A stretch of 64,000 bases of DNA, from assembly GCA_958295755.1 (NCBI GenBank), contig OY282367.1, positions 932,022-996,021 of the forward strand. Direction: 5' to 3'. The stretch is from an uncultured Acidimicrobiales bacterium. GTDB taxonomy: Bacteria > Actinomycetota > Acidimicrobiia > Acidimicrobiales > Hopanoidiivorantaceae. The position numbers and the translations under genes are program-made. Below the pieces are notes generated by a model that worked only from the letters and a program-made list of their open reading frames with translations, was not told the origin of the DNA and ran no database searches. The first letter of the stretch is position 1, and the number at the start of each line of letters is the position of its first letter. Below, piece by piece: positions 44,713-53,351 of the stretch.

Positions 44713-45465
44713 CTAGCTTTTCTTTCTTTTTCTCTTTAGTGCCTTGTCTACAATCTTTCGGGCGATGTCGGGATGATCGCTTACGATACCGTCTACTCCC
44801 ATATCTATCTGTTGACTCATTTGGTCGGCTTCGTTGACTGTCCATGTATGGACGAGCAGACCAGCAGCATGGGCTCGGCCCACTAGTGCCTCCGAAATAT
44901 TGGAACTGTGAAAAGAAACTACACTGTGCTCGTTATCACAAGCCATCTGGATACTCTGTGAGGCCATAACAGGATCAAACACCAAAAAGCCAGTGGTGAT
45001 TTCAGCATCAAAAGCACGAATTCTATTAACGCTGTCAAGGTTGAAAGAGATGACGAGGATGTCTTCAGGTTCGCGGTAAGCTCTCAAGGTTCCAGCTACA
45101 GCAACTGAGATCATATGTTCAGTGTCATAACCTGGCTCGTTCGGGAAGTTTTTGATTTCCACGACTACGCCTGCCCCTTCGCAAACTTCTAAGGCTTCAG
45201 CAAAACTAGGGATTTCTGAAGGGAGTTCTTTGCTGGGGGTGTGAGCTATTGTGCGTCGGTCAGCTAGATTGGCATCGTGGTGCACGACAAGCATGCCGTC
45301 GCCGGATTTACGCACATCCATCTCCACCCAATCGGCACCCATTTCAATTGCCAGTTTGAAGGCACCCAACGAATTTTCATCAACATGCCCAGATGCGCCC
45401 CTGTGAGCGATGACTTGGATATCTTCAGTGAGCCTGGAAGCAATCTTCATGAGATATTGCCTCAA
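44713..45465 (-). CDS. Glycerophosphodiester phosphodiesterase
   Basis: IAHRGASG…ENSLGAF…GADWVEMDV. Confidence 0.88.
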   Translation of the reverse strand: MRQYLMKIASRLTEDIQVIAHRGASGHVDENSLGAFKLAIEMGADWVEMDVRKSGDGMLVVHHDANLADRRTIAHTPSKELPSEIPSFAEALEVCEGAGVVVEIKNFPNEPGYDTEHMISVAVAGTLRAYREPEDILVISFNLDSVNRIRAFDAEITTGFLVFDPVMASQSIQMACDNEHSVVSFHSSNISEALVGRAHAAGLLVHTWTVNEADQMSQQIDMGVDGIVSDHPDIARKIVDKALKRKRKKS

Positions 45466-45701
45466 GCAGAGCCGAAACCGATGCGAGAATCATCGGCTTG
45501 GGGGTCTATTTCCACATACGCGAGATTATCAGGCGAGATTCCGTAAGTGCGCCCGTTGCGGTCGGCAACCCACAGCATCCGTACTTTTTGCGTGCCGATG
45601 GCAGATTCTACGTTGGTCTTCAACTTTTCCAAGTCGGTGTCGTCGGGAAGTTCCACGATGACTTCACGAGGAGTCTCTATAAATCCGAAACGGGCTTTCA
45701 T
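45462..45701 (-). CDS. DUF3107-like small actinobacterial protein
   Basis: 79 aa (MKARFGFIETPREVIVELPDD…YVEI…RIGF). The resemblance is recalled from memory, not searched. Confidence 0.6.
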   Translation of the reverse strand: MKARFGFIETPREVIVELPDDTDLEKLKTNVESAIGTQKVRMLWVADRNGRTYGISPDNLAYVEIDPQADDSRIGFGSA

Positions 45702-45726
45702 GTTTGAATCCTTTCTAGGGGTGGGT

Positions 45727-46602
45727 CTAGTTGCTAACTATCTTGAGGGCGGGATTGTAGCGGCGAGTGGGGGCTAATTCATCGTCTATCTCTCGAGCCA
45801 AATTCCGTAGCACTTCGGCAAGTTCGCTCTCTGGATGTGAAACTAGCACTGGTTGGCCTGTGTCTGCTCCTTCGCGTAGCTCTGGCACCAGAGGAACTTG
45901 AGCTAGTAGTGGGACAGCTAGCTTCTCGGCTAGTTCATTGCCTCCACCTGAACCAAAAAGTTCATATCGCTTAGAATCATCACCGATGAAATACGACATA
46001 TTCTCAATGACGCCCTTGACTTCCAGATTGACTTTCTTTGCCATATACGCAGCACGTTGAGCAACTTTTTGGGCAATGGGTTGGGGCGTGGTGACAATAT
46101 ATACCTCTCCTCGTGGCAGAAACTGCGACAGCGAAATGGAAATGTCGCCAGTGCCTGGGGGAAGATCTAAAACCAGAAAGTCAAGATCGTTCCAGAGCAC
46201 ATCGCTGAGGAACTGTTGAAGAGCTTTGTGGAGCATCGGTCCTCGCCAGATAACAGGCTGGTCTTCTTCGGCAAAAAAGCCCATTGAGATGCACTGGACG
46301 CCGTGGGCTTCGGGCGGGATTATCTTGTCGGCTAGGGCTTTGGGGGGTTCGGTGATGCCCAACATACGCGGAATGGAAAATCCCCATACATCAGCATCCA
46401 AGATTGCAACTGAGCGGTCTCTATCGGCTAGGGCTACAGCGAGGTTGGCAGAGAGGGACGACTTGCCTACTCCTCCCTTGCCTGAGGCAATCAGCAGGCA
46501 ACGAGTTTTGGTGTCATTGAATGGGAGTGTGTCGCTCAGGGTCTTGTGGCTTTCGGTTTCGGCTATTGGGTTTGTGTTTTGGCTACTGGGCTTGTGCTGG
46601 TG
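45727..46602 (-). CDS. Mrp/ApbC-type Fe-S cluster carrier ATPase; no canonical start upstream of the Walker A motif, and no DUF59 N-domain
   Basis: The manually translated stop-to-stop frame gives …LLIASGKGGVGKSSLSANLAVALA…ILDADVWGFSIPRMLG. The first ATG/GTG/TTG is TTG 46401, downstream of the P-loop. The in-frame TAA is at 46603-46605. Confidence 0.7.
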   Translation of the reverse strand, partial: HQHKPSSQNTNPIAETESHKTLSDTLPFNDTKTRCLLIASGKGGVGKSSLSANLAVALADRDRSVAILDADVWGFSIPRMLGITEPPKALADKIIPPEAHGVQCISMGFFAEEDQPVIWRGPMLHKALQQFLSDVLWNDLDFLVLDLPPGTGDISISLSQFLPRGEVYIVTTPQPIAQKVAQRAAYMAKKVNLEVKGVIENMSYFIGDDSKRYELFGSGGGNELAEKLAVPLLAQVPLVPELREGADTGQPVLVSHPESELAEVLRNLAREIDDELAPTRRYNPALKIVSN

Positions 46603-46711
46603 TTATGGCTTGTGCTGCTGCTGTGGCTTGTATGGTGTTGCTGCTTGTATCGCTCAGCTTTTAATGCTAGCTTTGCCTAGCTATTTGCTAGACACTAGAA
46701 TTTTCGTTGCT

Positions 46712-47824
46712 ATGCGCCACTACTTCGATCACGCTTCCACATCTCCTCTCCGACCTGTGGCAAAGGAGGCAATGCTTGCTGCCTTGGAGGTATGTGGGGA
46801 TCCTGGTCGTATCTATGCCGAGGCATTAGAGGCGCGAGGGTTGGTGGAACAGGCTCGTGAGCAAGTGGCGCAGTTTTTGGGAACACAAGCTCGCAGTGTT
46901 GTTTTCACCAGTGGTGCCACTGAAGCTATAGCGACGGTCGTGCGTGGCTCGGCGAGGCGAGGCCGCCACCACGTTGCCAGCCCTATAGAGCATTCTGCTG
47001 TGCTGAAGAACATCGGGGCTGATGATGTGCGGTCTACTCTCGTTGATGCTTACGGCTATGTGGATCCCGATGATTTGATGTCGGCTGTGACCGAAGAAAC
47101 TGCTGTAGTGCATCTGCAGATGGTGAATCACGAAGTCGGCACTCTTCAAGATGTGAAAGCGGCTACCAGCTTGTGCCGCGAGCGGGGTGTTTGGCTGCAT
47201 GTGGATGCAGCCCAAGCTGTTGGGCACATGGGTGTTAGTTTTGACGAACTAGGTGCTGATTTCATGTCGGTGAGCGCGCACAAGTTCGGGGGCCCTGCCG
47301 GAGTGGGGGCATTGCTGGTGAGACGCGGCGTGCGACTGGATCCATTGCTGGCAGGGGGCGACCAAGAACGAGCGCGGCGTGCAGGTTTGGAAAATGTGGT
47401 AGCTATTGCGGGTTTCGGTGCAGTGTGTGAATCTTTGCAATACCCAGAAACAATGAATAAAGAGGCAACCGAGCAGTATGCGATGACAAATCGTATTTGC
47501 GAAGAGTTGACATCTGTGGAAGGAGTGGAAGGTATCGGCAGTCCAACTCAGCGCGCCCCTCACATCGCCTGTTTTCATATTGCTGATGTAGAACCGCAAG
47601 CCTTGGTGTTGGAGCTAGATCGCAGAGGTTTAGCTGTACATTCAGGTAGCGCGTGCTCGTCTGAGTCGCTAGAGCCCTCGCCTGTGCTGGCTGCTATGGG
47701 ATATGACGGCCAGCGAAGTTTGCGTATCAGCGTAGGTTGGCCGACAACGCAAGCCGATGTGGATGCTTTGGTGTCGGCTGTGCCAGAAGTGCTGAACGAA
47801 CTGCGATCTCTTCGGCCGCGCTGA
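46712..47824 (+). CDS. Cysteine desulfurase (class V aminotransferase, NifS/IscS-like)
   Basis: SAHKFGGPAGVGAL (PLP-Lys) and HSGSACSS (catalytic Cys). The start was set at ATG 46712 (MRHYFDHASTSPL). Confidence 0.88.
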   Translation: MRHYFDHASTSPLRPVAKEAMLAALEVCGDPGRIYAEALEARGLVEQAREQVAQFLGTQARSVVFTSGATEAIATVVRGSARRGRHHVASPIEHSAVLKNIGADDVRSTLVDAYGYVDPDDLMSAVTEETAVVHLQMVNHEVGTLQDVKAATSLCRERGVWLHVDAAQAVGHMGVSFDELGADFMSVSAHKFGGPAGVGALLVRRGVRLDPLLAGGDQERARRAGLENVVAIAGFGAVCESLQYPETMNKEATEQYAMTNRICEELTSVEGVEGIGSPTQRAPHIACFHIADVEPQALVLELDRRGLAVHSGSACSSESLEPSPVLAAMGYDGQRSLRISVGWPTTQADVDALVSAVPEVLNELRSLRPR

Positions 47825-47935
47825 TTTTTGCTGGGCTTATTTTTGCTGAGCTTATTATCGCTCGGCTGATTATTACCGGGCAGATGCTTGCGGACTTATT
47901 TTTTGCTGGGCTTATTTTTTGCTGAGCTGATTTTT
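47822..47935. repeat. Imperfect tandem repeat of about 15 nt, T-rich, about 8 units, intergenic
   Basis: gcttatttttgctgg / gcttatttttgctga / gcttattatcgctcg / gctgattattaccgg …. Confidence 0.6.
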
Positions 47936-47947
47936 TAAATGCCAAAA

Positions 47948-47990
47948 CCCCGCACCAAACTCTTAGCTTGGGCGGGGATTTGGGTTTTCT
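47948..47990. terminator. Candidate bidirectional terminator between the cysteine desulfurase and HU genes
   Basis: Stem ccccgc…gcgggg with a long (~18 nt) loop, flanked by an A-run and a T-run (aaaaccccgc…gcggggatttgggtttt). Confidence 0.35.
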
Positions 47991-48009
47991 GTCTAGTCGA
48001 CTGCGTTGT

Positions 48010-48282
48010 CTAGTTGACAGCGTTCTTGAGCTTGGAACCAGCTGAGACTTTCACAGCATTGCGAGCTGATATCGTGATTGACTCGCCTGTCTGAGGATTG
48101 CGCCCTTGACGAGCTGGGCGGTGCACCCGCTCGAAGGAAATCCAACCGGGAACAACCAACTTCTCGCCGGAGGCGACCTGCTTGGCTGCCTCTTCGAAGA
48201 AAGCCGAGAGCACTCTGTCGGTGTCGGCCTTGGAAACGCCAGTGCGATGCGCGATGACATCAACGGCTTCTGATTTATTCAT
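48010..48282 (-). CDS. hup: HU family DNA-binding protein
   Basis: 90 aa; MNKSEAVDVIAHRTGVSKADTDRVL…RPARQGRNPQTGE. Confidence 0.93.
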   Translation of the reverse strand: MNKSEAVDVIAHRTGVSKADTDRVLSAFFEEAAKQVASGEKLVVPGWISFERVHRPARQGRNPQTGESITISARNAVKVSAGSKLKNAVN

Positions 48283-48423
48283 TGTTAGCTCCTTATTTTC
48301 TTGGAGATTTCACGCCGGTGTCCTAGGTAACACTGGCTATTTACTCTGATACTAGACGACGCCCCCACCCAAAACAGGTATTTCAATAAAGTTTCAAGGG
48401 GTTTCCAAAGCTTTAATTTTCCT

Positions 48424-49797
48424 CTAAATGTCTGTGTTGGAGGGGATGATGGTGGTGGATTTGTTGAAGGTAGCCCAGGCGAACCAGAAGGTATCTAGGT
48501 ACTCTTGTGGGGTTAGCTGTGCGCCTTCGTAGGTGCCATCGGTAGCTTTGCCAGAGGCTGACCAAAGGGAGCCTGTTTCTCTGTCGCGAAAGCCGCCTTC
48601 TGCGGGTTCAAAAGTTAGAGCTATGTCGCCAATCAGAGCTGAGAATACACCTGTGGTGCCAACATCTTGGCCTTCGTAGACAAATCTGCCATCAATCGCG
48701 GATGTAGCACCAGGAAGGTTCCACACAACTAACGGCAAACCAGCGAAAGACAACTCTATTACTTGTGCTTCTCGTAGGTAGGCGTGGCGGATGGCAACTG
48801 CTTCTCCCTCTGGAGTGCGAAGGCCGATAACACGCTCTTTTGGTGCCAACCGCTCGTCAATAGGTTCAGACTGAAAACCTGGGCTCAGAAGATTGCTTGA
48901 AGTTTCATAACCCACATAGGGATTGCTACCATAGACCTCTAGGGAGCGGCCGTCAATTTCGCCGGTCAGCACTTGGCTTTCGGGGTTGTCTTGTTGCCAC
49001 TCGCCCCAAGCAATTATCTGCGTAGGGAAGAAATCAAGCTGCGCTCCAGCTAGATGACCAATAACTGCCTTGCCGTCGTAGTGCGTCCAGAGCGACTGGG
49101 TTTGGCGGTCGTACATCACCAGAGATGACTGATAAAGACTGCCAGATGTGCCGAAGTCCAGCACTCGGTTGGCTGCGCGGCGGTCATAAGTAACCGCTGA
49201 GTTGCAGAGTGGGCAATAAGAAATAGTGACTGGCACCCCGCCCAAAGTATCATTCACTAACTCATGACGGGTAAGGATGCGTATCGGATAGGCGCGAGCT
49301 TCACCGTTGATTGACACAGCTACTACGGGCTCGGCTTCGTCTAGCTCTTCAACTTCAGAGACATCCGCAAACCTAGGGTTGTCGATGCTGGGGATACCGT
49401 CGGGGGTTGGCCCGCCAGAGCGAATGCTGGCAGGCTCAACAAGTTTTTGGAATCTGGGATTGTTTGGGTCAGACAGAGCGGACGGAACATCTTCACGGCA
49501 AGTTGAATCACTGAGCGGATCGCGCCCCCAAATCTGTGAAGCAGATACTTCTTCGGAACAGACAATCTCGGGGGCGACAAATATCGTGCTTGTGGTAGCT
49601 GGACTTGTGGGGGTAGAACTTGTGGGGGTAATCGCTACTGGACTCTTGGAGTCTGTGGCGGAAGGCGAGTTGGTTTGCTGAGTCGCCGGTTGAGACTGGG
49701 TTGTGGGTTGAGACTGAGTTTCAGAATCCGAAGAAGAACAAGCTGCGCCGAATACTGCCAGAAGCAACCCAGTAGCGATAATGAATCTGCTTGTCAT
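48424..49797 (-). CDS. DUF3179-domain secreted or lipid-anchored protein
   Basis: Signal-like N-terminus ending …FGAACSSS, a Thr/Ser/Pro-rich linker, and the YCPLCNS motif typical of DUF3179. Confidence 0.7.
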   Translation of the reverse strand: MTSRFIIATGLLLAVFGAACSSSDSETQSQPTTQSQPATQQTNSPSATDSKSPVAITPTSSTPTSPATTSTIFVAPEIVCSEEVSASQIWGRDPLSDSTCREDVPSALSDPNNPRFQKLVEPASIRSGGPTPDGIPSIDNPRFADVSEVEELDEAEPVVAVSINGEARAYPIRILTRHELVNDTLGGVPVTISYCPLCNSAVTYDRRAANRVLDFGTSGSLYQSSLVMYDRQTQSLWTHYDGKAVIGHLAGAQLDFFPTQIIAWGEWQQDNPESQVLTGEIDGRSLEVYGSNPYVGYETSSNLLSPGFQSEPIDERLAPKERVIGLRTPEGEAVAIRHAYLREAQVIELSFAGLPLVVWNLPGATSAIDGRFVYEGQDVGTTGVFSALIGDIALTFEPAEGGFRDRETGSLWSASGKATDGTYEGAQLTPQEYLDTFWFAWATFNKSTTIIPSNTDI

Positions 49798-49813
49798 TGC
49801 TAGAGCAGTGTAT

Positions 49814-50593
49814 CTAAAGCAGTGTGTCTAAAGCTGTGCGGAACTCGCCGACAGTTTCACCGATGTCTTCAGGAGAGGCACCTTCTAACATACGCCGCAC
49901 GAAGGCTGACCCTACCACTACTCCATCTGCGACCCTTGAAGCTTCCACCGCTTGATCTGGAGTTGAAACGCCCACACCTACTAGCACAGGTTTGTTGGTT
50001 AGAGCTTTCAGACGAGACGCTACCATTGTTGCGCTATCGGCTAGTCGTTCGCGCTCACCGGTAACGCCTAGAAGCCCCACAGCATAGATGAAACCTCTGG
50101 AACGTTCAGCTATAGCTCGGCAGCGGTCGTCTGAGGAAGTCGGAGCAGCTAAGAGTATGGTGGCAACTCCCGAAGCATCGGCAGCTTCACACCAGGGGCC
50201 GGCTTCGTTCAGTGGCAAGTCGGCGAGAATCGCTCCAGATACGCCTGCGTCTGCTAGCGACCGAGCGAAACGGTCGTAACCCATGTGATGGGCAATGTTT
50301 GTATATGTCATCACGATGGTTGGCACCGGCGGTGGCGACTTGGCGAGGTTGGCTATGATCGAATCTGGCGTGGTGCCTGCAGCTAAAGATTTATCACTGG
50401 CTTGCTGGATTGTAGGGCCGTCCATGACTGGATCTGAAAAAGGTATCCCGACCTCCACAGCGTCTGCCCCAGCTTCTGCTGCTGCATGGAGACATTCAAT
50501 CCAACCTTCAAGCCCGGCCGTCAGGTAAGGCACTAAACATTTTCTGCCGCTGGCACAGAGATCACTGAAATGATTGTCTAAAGATACTTGCAT
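49814..50593 (-). CDS. trpA: Tryptophan synthase alpha chain
   Basis: VGIPFSDPVMDGPTIQ. Confidence 0.94.
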   Translation of the reverse strand: MQVSLDNHFSDLCASGRKCLVPYLTAGLEGWIECLHAAAEAGADAVEVGIPFSDPVMDGPTIQQASDKSLAAGTTPDSIIANLAKSPPPVPTIVMTYTNIAHHMGYDRFARSLADAGVSGAILADLPLNEAGPWCEAADASGVATILLAAPTSSDDRCRAIAERSRGFIYAVGLLGVTGERERLADSATMVASRLKALTNKPVLVGVGVSTPDQAVEASRVADGVVVGSAFVRRMLEGASPEDIGETVGEFRTALDTLL

Positions 50594-50664
50594 GTTTTGA
50601 AAAGCTATCGAGATTTGGCAAAACTATCGAGACTTGCCTATATATGACTTGCCTGTATATTCGG

Positions 50665-51849
50665 TCATTTGAAATATTCCACCATCTGTGCGGCGTCTTT
50701 GTCGCCTCTGCCCGAAAGGTTCAGCAGTACTACTTCGCCTGCCAGATCAGCCCTCTCTCTTGAAATCCACGCCAGAGCATGGGCAGGTTCTAAGGCTGGC
50801 ATTATTCCTTCCGTGCGCGACAACAAACCGAAAGCTTCCACTACTTCTTCGTCGGTAACGCAGTGGTATTCGGCCCTGCCGGTGTCGGCAAGGTAGGAAT
50901 GTTCGGGGCCAACCCCGGGATAGTCGAGACCGGCCGAGATACTTTCGGCTTCGCTCACTTGACCGAACTCGTCTTGCAACAGATAAGAAAGCGAACCGTG
51001 CAACACTCCTGGCACTTTGCGACCGACGGTGGCAGCACCGGCTGGTTCAACCCCAACAAGCCTCACTTGAGAATCGTTGGCGAAGCCACTGAAAATGCCT
51101 GCCGCGTTGGAGCCTCCGCCTACGCACGCAACAACTGTGTTGGGAAGTTTGCCGACTTGCTTCAGACATTGCTCACGAGCTTCGCTTCCGATGACCCTAT
51201 GAAACTCTCGCACCATCCAAGGATACGGATGCGGACCCATGACAGAGCCTAGGCAGTAATGGGTGGTTTCAACGGTTGCTACCCAGTCGCGCAAAGCTTC
51301 ATTCACAGCGTCTTTGAGTGTGCGGCTGCCTGTTGTAGCAGGGCGAACTTCGGCACCTAGCAGACGCATGCGAAATACATTTAAGGCTTGGCGTTCCATA
51401 TCCACCTCGCCCATGTAAACCTCACATTCCAGACCGAAAAGGGCGGCTGCTGTGGCTGTGGCAACTCCGTGCTGTCCGGCTCCGGTTTCTGCTACTAAGC
51501 GGCTCTTGCCCATTCTCTTAGCCAGCAGGGCTTGGCCAAGAACATTGTTGATTTTGTGTGAGCCCGTGTGATTGAGATCTTCGCGTTTGAGCAGCACGGA
51601 AGTGCCGAGTTCTTCAGAAAGACGCCCGCAGATCGTAAGTGGTGAAGGCCGGCCAGCATAATCAGCTAGGAGGCGATCTAGTTCGCTGTGAAACTGCTCG
51701 TCAGCCCAAGCCTCGCGGAAAGCTATTTCAAGTTCTTGGCAGGCTGGAACGAGAGTTTCGGGGATAAAGCATCCGCCGAAGTTGCCAAAACGCCCCGAGG
51801 TGCCCGGATCAGAAGTAAGTAAATCAGTTTCCGCCTCTTCTGTGCCCAT
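50665..51849 (-). CDS. trpB: Tryptophan synthase beta chain
   Basis: [17 protein letters not shown]. Confidence 0.96.
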   Translation of the reverse strand: MGTEEAETDLLTSDPGTSGRFGNFGGCFIPETLVPACQELEIAFREAWADEQFHSELDRLLADYAGRPSPLTICGRLSEELGTSVLLKREDLNHTGSHKINNVLGQALLAKRMGKSRLVAETGAGQHGVATATAAALFGLECEVYMGEVDMERQALNVFRMRLLGAEVRPATTGSRTLKDAVNEALRDWVATVETTHYCLGSVMGPHPYPWMVREFHRVIGSEAREQCLKQVGKLPNTVVACVGGGSNAAGIFSGFANDSQVRLVGVEPAGAATVGRKVPGVLHGSLSYLLQDEFGQVSEAESISAGLDYPGVGPEHSYLADTGRAEYHCVTDEEVVEAFGLLSRTEGIMPALEPAHALAWISRERADLAGEVVLLNLSGRGDKDAAQMVEYFK

Positions 51850-51851
51850 GA

Positions 51852-52529
51852 CTATTCCACCTCCCAGTCGTAGGGCATCTCTTCGTCTTCGCCCCCTCTA
51901 GCTGCTACTGCTTCTTCTTCCATCACCTGAGCTGAGTTTCGGGCGGCATCTACGAAGCGTTTGATCAAGGTGGGATCCTTTTTCCCGGGGGCCGATTCCA
52001 CACCTGTAGAGACATCTACCCCCCACGGCTGAACTTTGCGGATGGCAACAGATACATTTTCGGGGGTAAGCCCACCAGCCATGATGACTCGAAAATCACG
52101 GGGGGCGTTCTCGGCGAGCGACCAGTCGAAAACTTGCCCTGCGCCTGGTGCTGGAGCGTCTAGCAGAATATATTTTGTGCCGTAGCCTCTGAGATTGGGA
52201 GTTGAGGTATCGCCCATAGCGAAGCCTTTGATCATCATGGGCACCCGCTCGGCTATCCATAGACATTCCTCTGAGGTTTCATGGCCGTGCAGTTGGGCGC
52301 AACTTAGGCCAGATTCTGCGATAGTTCGCACGACACGCTCTTTTGATTCGTTTCGGAAAACGCCCACAGTGCGGGTTTCTTTGGGTAGTCGTTTGGCGAT
52401 GTCGCTGGCTTTTGAGGGGCTGATCTGGCGGGGCGAAGGGGCAAAAACGAAGCCCACAGCATCTGCGCCCATTGCTACGGCAATGAGAGCATCGTCCTCG
52501 TTAGTGATTCCACAGATTTTGACGAACAT
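51852..52529 (-). CDS. trpF: Phosphoribosylanthranilate isomerase
   Basis: MFVKICGIT…GADAVGFVF. Confidence 0.9.
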   Translation of the reverse strand: MFVKICGITNEDDALIAVAMGADAVGFVFAPSPRQISPSKASDIAKRLPKETRTVGVFRNESKERVVRTIAESGLSCAQLHGHETSEECLWIAERVPMMIKGFAMGDTSTPNLRGYGTKYILLDAPAPGAGQVFDWSLAENAPRDFRVIMAGGLTPENVSVAIRKVQPWGVDVSTGVESAPGKKDPTLIKRFVDAARNSAQVMEEEAVAARGGEDEEMPYDWEVE

Positions 52530-52553
52530 GGTCGTTTTTTCAGTCTATAAACT

Positions 52554-53333
52554 TCAAGCAAGAAAACTGGCTACAGCTTCTGCTGGATGGGCAGACTTGA
52601 CAAAACCCTCCCCCACCAGAATCGCGTCAAAGCCTCCCTCGAAAAGTCTTCGGGCATCTGCTGGTTCGGAGATGGCAGATTCTGCAACCTTCACAGCGTC
52701 AGTGGGGAATTGAGGCAGTAGGTTCAGGGCAAGTTCGCGGTCGACTTCAAAGGTGCGAAGATCTCGTTGGTTCACTCCGATGAGGGTGACACCTGCTGCT
52801 ATGGCAAGCTCTAGCTCAGCAGCAGTGTGGATTTCAACTAAGGCATCAAGGCTTAACTCTCTGGCAAGCGATATAAAGTCGTGAAGTTCGGATACTTCAA
52901 GGGCTGAAACAATCAGAAGCACTGCGTCGGCACCCATAATGCGTGCATCGCATATGTCGCGGGCATCTACTGTGAAATCTTTGCGCAATACGGGCAGGTC
53001 GCACCCCATTCGGGCTGCTTTGAGGTCAAAAGCTGAACCTCCGAAATACTGCTGGTCGGTTAGCACAGAAATACAGGAAGCTCCACCGGTGGCATAGGAA
53101 CGAGACAAAGCTAGCGGGTCGAGCGTGGGGCGGAGGTTACCTTTGGATGGAGAACGGCGTTTTATTTCAGCGATGACTGCGCCTGCCTTCCGGCTCACAT
53201 TCTTCAGAGCTGCTTCAAAACCTCTAGTCGGCGGACATACCATAGCTTCTTCTCTAAGCTGTTCAAAAGAGCGATTATCTTCTGCTGCCATCTCTCTGTG
53301 GGTGGCAAGTATTTCGTCTAGGTATACGGTCAT
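52554..53333 (-). CDS. trpC: Indole-3-glycerol phosphate synthase
   Basis: VIAEIKRRSPSKG, LRKDF. Confidence 0.93.
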   Translation of the reverse strand: MTVYLDEILATHREMAAEDNRSFEQLREEAMVCPPTRGFEAALKNVSRKAGAVIAEIKRRSPSKGNLRPTLDPLALSRSYATGGASCISVLTDQQYFGGSAFDLKAARMGCDLPVLRKDFTVDARDICDARIMGADAVLLIVSALEVSELHDFISLARELSLDALVEIHTAAELELAIAAGVTLIGVNQRDLRTFEVDRELALNLLPQFPTDAVKVAESAISEPADARRLFEGGFDAILVGEGFVKSAHPAEAVASFLA

Positions 53334-53351
53334 TATTCAAATACAGCACTG

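Noticed and set aside
46226-47824. A 532-aa ORF suggesting a large fusion protein
   Set aside because: Only the part from ATG 46712 (MRHYFDHASTSPL…) resembles a cysteine desulfurase. The first 162 codons are antisense to the Mrp ATPase gene and its repeat spacer.
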